Shown: positions 57,990 through 64,000 of the stretch, one piece after another
Position numbering within the stretch: the first letter of the stretch is position 1
How the letters are laid out: every line of letters starts with the position of its first letter
From: Ranitomeya imitator
Taxonomy: Eukaryota
Direction of reading: 5' to 3'
NCBI RefSeq assembly: GCF_032444005.1
Contig: NC_091286.1
Coordinates: forward strand, 434,558,001-434,622,000
DNA length: 64,000 nucleotides
The notes under the pieces: model-generated
Database searches by the model: none
The model's input: only the letters and a program-made list of their open reading frames with translations
Told to the model about the DNA's origin: nothing
Translations under genes and position numbers: made by a program

Positions 57990-59264
57990 GGTTCCAGGGG
58001 TACACGGGCAGCAGTGGTGTGGTCAGTGGAGGCCTAGTGGAAGGAGTGACCGCAGACAGGCATCGAAGGCCTAAAATAATAACACATGGCTGTAGGCAAT
58101 TTTAAATTGGTTCCAGGGGTACACGGGCAGCAGTGGTTTGGTCAGTGGAGGCCTAGTGGAAGGAGTCACCGCAGACAGGCATCGAAGGCCTAAAATAATA
58201 ACACATGGCTGTAGGCAATTTTAAATTGGTTCCAGGGGTACACGGGCAGCAGTGGTGTGGTCAGTGGAGGCCTAGTGGAAGGAGTCACCGCAGACAGGCA
58301 TCGAAGGCCTAAAATAATAACACATGGCTGTAGGCAATTTTAAATTGGTTCCAGGGGTACACGGGCAGCAGTGGTGTGGTCAGTGGAGGCCTAGTGGAAG
58401 GAGTGACCGCAGACAGGCATCGAAGGCCTAAAATAATAACACATGGCTGTAGGCAATTTTAAATTGGTTACAGGGGTACACGGGCAGCAGTGGTGTGGTC
58501 AGTGGAGGCCTAGTGGAAGGAGTCACCGCAGACAGGCATCGAAGGCCTAAAATAATAACACATGGCTGTAGGCAATTTTAAATTGGTTCCAGGGGTACAC
58601 GGGCAGCAGTGGTGTGGTCAGTGGAGGCCTAGTGGAAGGAGTGACCGCAGACAGGCATCGAAGGCCTAAAATAATAACACATGGCTGTAGGCAATTTTAA
58701 ATTGGTTCCAGGGGTACACGGGCAGCAGTGGTGTGGTCAGTGGAGGCCTAGTGGAAGGAGTCACCGCAGACAGGCATCGAAGGCCTAAAATAATAACACA
58801 TGGCTGTAGGCAATTTTAAATTGGTTACAGGGGTACACGGGCAGCAGTGGTGTGGTCAGTGGAGGCCTAGTGGAAGGAGTCACCGCAGACAGGCATCGAA
58901 GGCCTAAAATAATAACACATGGCTGTAGGCAATTTTAAATTGGTTACAGGGGTACACGGGCAGCAGTGGTGTGGTCAGTGGAGGCCTAGTGGAAGGAGTG
59001 ACCGCAGACAGGCATCGAAGGCCTAAAATAATAACACATGGCTGTAGGCAATTTTAAATTGGTTACAGGGGTACACGGGCAGCAGTGGTGTGGTCAGTGG
59101 AGGCCTAGTGGAAGGAGTGACCGCAGACAGGCATCGAAGGCCTAAAATAATAACACATGGCTGTAGGCAATTTTAAATTGGTTACAGGGGTACACGGGCA
59201 GCAGTGGTGTGGTCAGTGGAGGCCTAGTGGAAGGAGTGACCACAGACAGGCATCGAAGGCCTAA
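57990..59264. repeat. Tandem array of 119-bp units (about 10.7 copies)
   Basis: Exact 119-bp periodicity from 57990 to 59180. Confidence 0.96.
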
Positions 59265-59734
59265 CATAACAAAAATGTCAATACAATGGTATTGTCAGTG
59301 GCAGGCATTGAAGGATGTCAGCGCATAGACTAAACATTGGTGGAGCTGTGAGATAATTTTGCAAGTGGTAGAGCACTGTTTGAGCTGGGGTGGGGGGAAA
59401 CTGTCTTGTGGCCGGCGGTACAGGCCCAGGGCCCCTCATATTACAACGGTGTGTCTGACGTTGGGTGCGCACCACCACCGCCAGAGACACTTTATTGTAC
59501 TAGGAGGGACCCATTGGCAGTGCCGTCGACCAAAAGCGGGCTCACCCACCTCTTCAGACAAACTGCACTCTCACGGGTGCTGTCGCCAAGTGTCGATACC
59601 ACGGCCCCGTGTGGGGAGTTTGGCCATTTAGTGAGGTGTAAACATGTCGTATGCTGGACAATCAGGTGCAGAAAATTACGAGATTGGAAAAGGCATTCAG
59701 AATAGTCCACAGGCAAGACCTTTTCATAGGAAAG

Positions 59735-62700
59735 CTAGGTGTCAGCCGGGCAAGGTGGGGCAAAAGATTTCGAAATCCAGTTGTGGTTCATTTTAATGAA
59801 GGTTAGATCATCTACATTTTGGGTAGCCAGACGAGTCCTTTTTTCTGTTAGTATTGAACCTGCAGCACTGAATACTCTTTCTGATAGGACACTAGCTGCC
59901 GGGCAAGCAAGCTCCTGCAATGCATATTCTGCCAATTCTGGCCAGGTGTCTAATTTTGATGCCCAGTAATCAAATGGGAATGACGGTTGAGGGAGAACAT
60001 CGATAAGGGATGAAAAATAGTTTGTAACCATACTGGACAAATGTTGTCTCCTGTCACTTTGAATTGATGCTGCAGTACCTGTCCTGTCTGCGGTCATAGC
60101 AAAATCACTCCACAACCTGGTCAGAAAACCCCTCTGGCCAACGCCACTTCTGATTTCTGCCCCTCTAACTCCTCTGGTCTGCTGGCCCCTGCAGCTCGTG
60201 TGAGAACGATCACGGGCGCTGTGTGCAGGGAATGCCAGAAGCAAATGGTCAACAAGAGTTGATTGTTTGGTTGCTAATATTAGTTCCAAGTTCTCATGTG
60301 GCATTATATTTTGCAATTTGCCTTTATAGCGAGGATCAAGGAGGCAGGCCAACCAGTAATCGTCATCATTCATCATTTTAGTTATGCGTGTGTCCCTTTT
60401 GAGGATACGTAAGGCATAATCCGCCATGTGGGCCAAAGTTCCAGTTCTCAAATCTGCGGTTGTGCTTGGTTGAGGGGCAGTTTCAGGCAAATCCACGTCA
60501 CTTGTGTCCCTCAAAAAACCAGAACCCGGCCTTGCCGCGCCACCAATTTCCAGTGGCCCCGGAAAAGCTTCCTCATTAAAAATATAATCATCCCCATCAT
60601 CCTCCTCGTCCTCCTCCTCCTCTTCGCCCGCTACCTCGTCCTGTACACTGCCCTGGCCAGACAATGGCTGACTGTCATCAAGGCTTTCCTCTTCCTCAGC
60701 TGCAGACGCCTGATCCTTTATGTGCGTCAAACTTTGCATCAGCAGACGCATTAGGGGGATGCTCATGCTTATTATGGCGTTGTCTGCACTAACCAGCCAT
60801 GTGCATTCCTCAAAACACTGAAGGACTTGGCACATGTCTTGAATCTTCGACCACTGCACACCTGACAACTCCATGTCTGCCATCCTACTGCCTGCCCGTG
60901 TATGTGTATCCTCCCACAAAAACATAACAGCCCGCCTCTGTTCACACAGTCTCTGAAGCATGTGCAGTGTTGAGTTCCACCTTGTTGCAACGTCTATGAT
61001 TAGGCGATGCTGGGGAAGGTTCAAAGAACGCTGATAGGTCTGCATACGGCTGGAGTGTACGGGCGAACGGCGGATATGTGAGCAAAGTCCACGCACTTTG
61101 AGGAGCAGGTCGGATAACCCCGGATAACTTTTCAGGAAGCACTGCACCACCAGGTTTAAGGTGTGAGCCAGGCAAGGAATGTGTTTCAGTTGGGAAAGGG
61201 AGATGGCAGCCATGAAATTCCTTCCGTTATCACTCACTACCTTGCCTGCCTCAAGATCTACAGTGCCCAGCCACGACTGCGTTTCTTTCTGCAAGAACTC
61301 GGACAGAACTTCCGCGGTGTGTCTGTTGTCGCCCAAACACTTCATAGCCAATACAGCCTGCTGACGTTTGCCAGTAGCTGCCCCATAATGGGAGACCTGG
61401 TGTGCAACAGTGGCAGCTGCGGATGGAGTGGTTGTGCGACTGCGGTCTGTGGACGAGCTCTCGCTTCTGCAGGAGGACGAAGAGGAGGAGGAGGGGGTGC
61501 GAACGGCTACAGCCAATTGTTTCCTAGACCGTGGGCTAGGCAGAACTGTCCCAAACTTGCTGTCCACTGTGGACCCTGCATCCACCACATTTACCCAGTG
61601 TGCCGTGATGGACACGTAACGTCCCTGGCCATGCCTACTGGTCCATGCATCTGTTGTCAGGTGCACCTTTGTGCTCACAGATTGCCTGAGTGCATGGACG
61701 ATGCGCTCTTTAACATGCTGGTGGAGGGCTGGGATGGCTTTTCTGGAAAAAAAGTGTCGACTGGGTAGCTCGTAGCGTGGTACAGCGTAGTCCATCAGGG
61801 CTTTGAAAGCTTCGCTTTCAACTAACCGGTAGGGCATCATCTCTAACGAGATTAGTCTAGCTATGTGTGCGTTCAAACCCTGTGTACGCGGATGCGAGGC
61901 TAAGTACTTCCTTTTTCTAACCATAGTCTCATGTAGGGTGAGCTGGACTGGAGAGCTGGAGATCGTGGAACTAGCGGGGGTGCCGGTGGACATGGCAGAC
62001 TGAGAGACGGTGGGAGATGGTATTGTTGCCACCGGTGCCCTAGATGCAGTGTTTCCTACTACGAAACTGGTGATTCCCTGACCCTGACTGCTTTGGCCTG
62101 GCAAAGAAACCTGCACAGATACTGCAGGTGGTGCGGAAAATGGTGGCCCTACACTGCCGGAAGGGATGTTGCGTTGCTGACTAGCTTCATTGGCCGAGGG
62201 TGCTACAACCTTAAGGGACGTTTGGTAGTTAGTCCAGGCTTGCAAATGCATGGTGGTTAAATGTCTATGCATGCAACTTGTATTGAGACTTTTCAGATTC
62301 TGTCCTCTGCTTAAGGTAGTTGAACATTTTTGACAGATGACTTTGCGCTGATCAATTGGATGTTGTTTAAAAAAATGCCAGACTGCACTCTTTCTAGCAT
62401 CGGATACCTTTTCAGGCATTGCAGACTGAGCTTTAACCGGATGGCCACGCTGTCCTCCAACAGGTTTTGGCTTTGCCATGCGTTTTGGGCAAGATACGGG
62501 CCCGGCAGATGGAACCTGTTGCGATGTTGATGCCTGCTGCGGCCCCTCCTCCTCCGCTTCAGAACTGCTGCCGCCTGCACCCTGTTCCCCCAATGGCTGC
62601 CAATCGGGGTCAAGAACTGGGTCATCTATTACCTCTTCTTGTAGCTCGTGTGCAACTTCGTCTGTGTCACCGTGTCGGTCGGTGGTATAGCGTTCGTGAT

Positions 62701-63304
62701 GGGGCAACATAGTCTCATCAGGGTCTGATTCTTGATCATTACCCTGCGAGGGCAATGTTGTGGTCTGAGTCAAAGGACCAGCATAGTAGTCTGGCTGTGG
62801 CTGTGCATCAGTGCACTCCATGTCAGATTCAACTTGTAATGGGCATGGACTGTTAACTGCTTCACTTTCTAAGCCAGGGACGGTATGTGTAAAGAGCTCC
62901 ATGGAGTAACCCGTTGTGTCGCCTGCTGCATTCTTCTCTGTTGTTGTTTTTGCTGAAGATGACAAGGAAGCGACTTGTCCCTGACCGTGAACATCCACTA
63001 ACGACGCGCTGCTTTGACATTTACCAGTTTCACGAGAGGAGGCAAAAGAGCATGAGGCTGAGTCAGCAAGATAAGCCAAAACTTGCTCTTGCTGCTCCGG
63101 CTTTAAAAGCGGTTTTCCTACTCCCAGAAAAGGGAGCGTTCGAGGCCTTGTGTAGCCAGACGACGAACCTGGCTCCACAGCTCCAGACTTAGGTGCAATA
63201 TTTTTTTTCCCACGACCAGCTGATGCTCCACCACTACCACTACCCTCATTACCAGCTGACAATGAACGCCCCCGGCCACGACCACTTCCACCATACTTCC
63301 TCAT
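59735..63304 (-). CDS. hAT transposase, ZBED-like, 1189 aa
   Basis: BED finger (VWHFF...CQKC...HLTTMH), TTDAW, VSDNG, CLAH, RWNS, SERVFS and hATC dimerization domain; no stops. Confidence 0.95.
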   Translation of the reverse strand: MRKYGGSGRGRGRSLSAGNEGSGSGGASAGRGKKNIAPKSGAVEPGSSSGYTRPRTLPFLGVGKPLLKPEQQEQVLAYLADSASCSFASSRETGKCQSSASLVDVHGQGQVASLSSSAKTTTEKNAAGDTTGYSMELFTHTVPGLESEAVNSPCPLQVESDMECTDAQPQPDYYAGPLTQTTTLPSQGNDQESDPDETMLPHHERYTTDRHGDTDEVAHELQEEVIDDPVLDPDWQPLGEQGAGGSSSEAEEEGPQQASTSQQVPSAGPVSCPKRMAKPKPVGGQRGHPVKAQSAMPEKVSDARKSAVWHFFKQHPIDQRKVICQKCSTTLSRGQNLKSLNTSCMHRHLTTMHLQAWTNYQTSLKVVAPSANEASQQRNIPSGSVGPPFSAPPAVSVQVSLPGQSSQGQGITSFVVGNTASRAPVATIPSPTVSQSAMSTGTPASSTISSSPVQLTLHETMVRKRKYLASHPRTQGLNAHIARLISLEMMPYRLVESEAFKALMDYAVPRYELPSRHFFSRKAIPALHQHVKERIVHALRQSVSTKVHLTTDAWTSRHGQGRYVSITAHWVNVVDAGSTVDSKFGTVLPSPRSRKQLAVAVRTPSSSSSSSCRSESSSTDRSRTTTPSAAATVAHQVSHYGAATGKRQQAVLAMKCLGDNRHTAEVLSEFLQKETQSWLGTVDLEAGKVVSDNGRNFMAAISLSQLKHIPCLAHTLNLVVQCFLKSYPGLSDLLLKVRGLCSHIRRSPVHSSRMQTYQRSLNLPQHRLIIDVATRWNSTLHMLQRLCEQRRAVMFLWEDTHTRAGSRMADMELSGVQWSKIQDMCQVLQCFEECTWLVSADNAIISMSIPLMRLLMQSLTHIKDQASAAEEEESLDDSQPLSGQGSVQDEVAGEEEEEDEEDDGDDYIFNEEAFPGPLEIGGAARPGSGFLRDTSDVDLPETAPQPSTTADLRTGTLAHMADYALRILKRDTRITKMMNDDDYWLACLLDPRYKGKLQNIMPHENLELILATKQSTLVDHLLLAFPAHSARDRSHTSCRGQQTRGVRGAEIRSGVGQRGFLTRLWSDFAMTADRTGTAASIQSDRRQHLSSMVTNYFSSLIDVLPQPSFPFDYWASKLDTWPELAEYALQELACPAASVLSERVFSAAGSILTEKRTRLATQNVDDLTFIKMNHNWISKSFAPPCPADT

Positions 63305-63511
63305 TGTTTTAAAAACGTAAACAAACTAACGGTATTTGTTGCTGTCACACAAATTACACGGTGAGCTATAACTTCAGTATGATTTAGCTACCCCTTTACA
63401 GGTGAGTGAGACCACAACGAAAATCAGGCACAATGTTACACACTCTGTTGTTGGTGGCAACAAATGAGAGAGATGCCACACACGCAGGACTGTCACTGAA
63501 GCACAAATGTA

Positions 63512-64000
63512 AATATTAATCTCCCACTGATTTGATTTTTTTTTTTTTTTAAGGGAGACTTTAGGAAAAAAAAATAATAGAATAAAATGATTTTTTCAGG
63601 AAGAATTTAGAAACCAAATAAAATAAAATGATTTTTTCAGGGGGAATTTAGAAAACAAATAAAACAAAAAAAGGCTTTCTATGGCCCACTGAGTGAGAGA
63701 TGACGCACACAGGAGTCAGGAGTGGCACACAAGCCCAGAGGCCAATATTTATCTCCCACTGATTGATGTAGTGATTTTTTCAGGTAGATTTTGGAACCCA
63801 AATCAAGCTAAAAAAATAATAGGCTTTCTATGGCCCACAATTGGAGAGAGAGAGAGATGGCACACCCAGGAGTCAAGACTGGCACACAAGCAGAAAGGGC
63901 AATATTAATCTCCCACTGATTTGTTTTTTTTGTTTTTTTTTTTCAGGGAGACTTTAGAAAAAAAAAATAGAATAAAATGATTTTTTCATGAAGAATTTAG
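63512..64000. repeat. AT-rich imperfect repeats upstream of the transposase
   Basis: AATATT(A/T)ATCTCCCACTGATT at 63512, 63744 and 63901. Confidence 0.7.

Larger units (their letters stand above)
55327..64000 (-). mobile_element. Autonomous-type hAT DNA transposon; one end lies outside the window
   Basis: TAGAGTTGAGCGA terminus with subterminal GTCGG/CCGAC motifs; intact transposase. Confidence 0.8.

Noticed and set aside
56563-59264. CRISPR-like regularly spaced repeats
   Set aside because: Whole units repeat with no unique spacers, there are no cas genes, and the context is eukaryotic; these are tandem satellites
59739-63192. ORFs overlapping the hAT transposase
   Set aside because: No recognisable domains; expected in GC-rich coding sequence

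Overview
This is vertebrate genomic DNA, most likely from a frog (inferred from the repeat families, not confirmed). A large + strand gene runs through the window with no start or stop visible. It encodes a secreted FCGBP/zonadhesin/mucin-like protein built from VWD, C8, TIL, MAM and Thr/Ser/Pro-rich (PTS) modules; about 29 exons could be reconstructed from splice sites and phase. The gene grew by internal duplications of at least two ages. Its introns are packed with transposons. These include a sense-strand chromoviral Gypsy element with a -1 frameshift pseudoknot and one nonsense mutation (1-4765), and an antisense tandem Gypsy (LTR-internal-LTR-internal-LTR, 29105-39889) with two intact gag-pol ORFs and a self-priming signature. 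There is also an intact hAT transposase element carrying internal satellite arrays (55327 to window end), L1 and L2 fragments, many hAT/Harbinger/Kolobok-type MITEs with target-site duplications, and several large palindromes. All calls are by eye; no database search was run.
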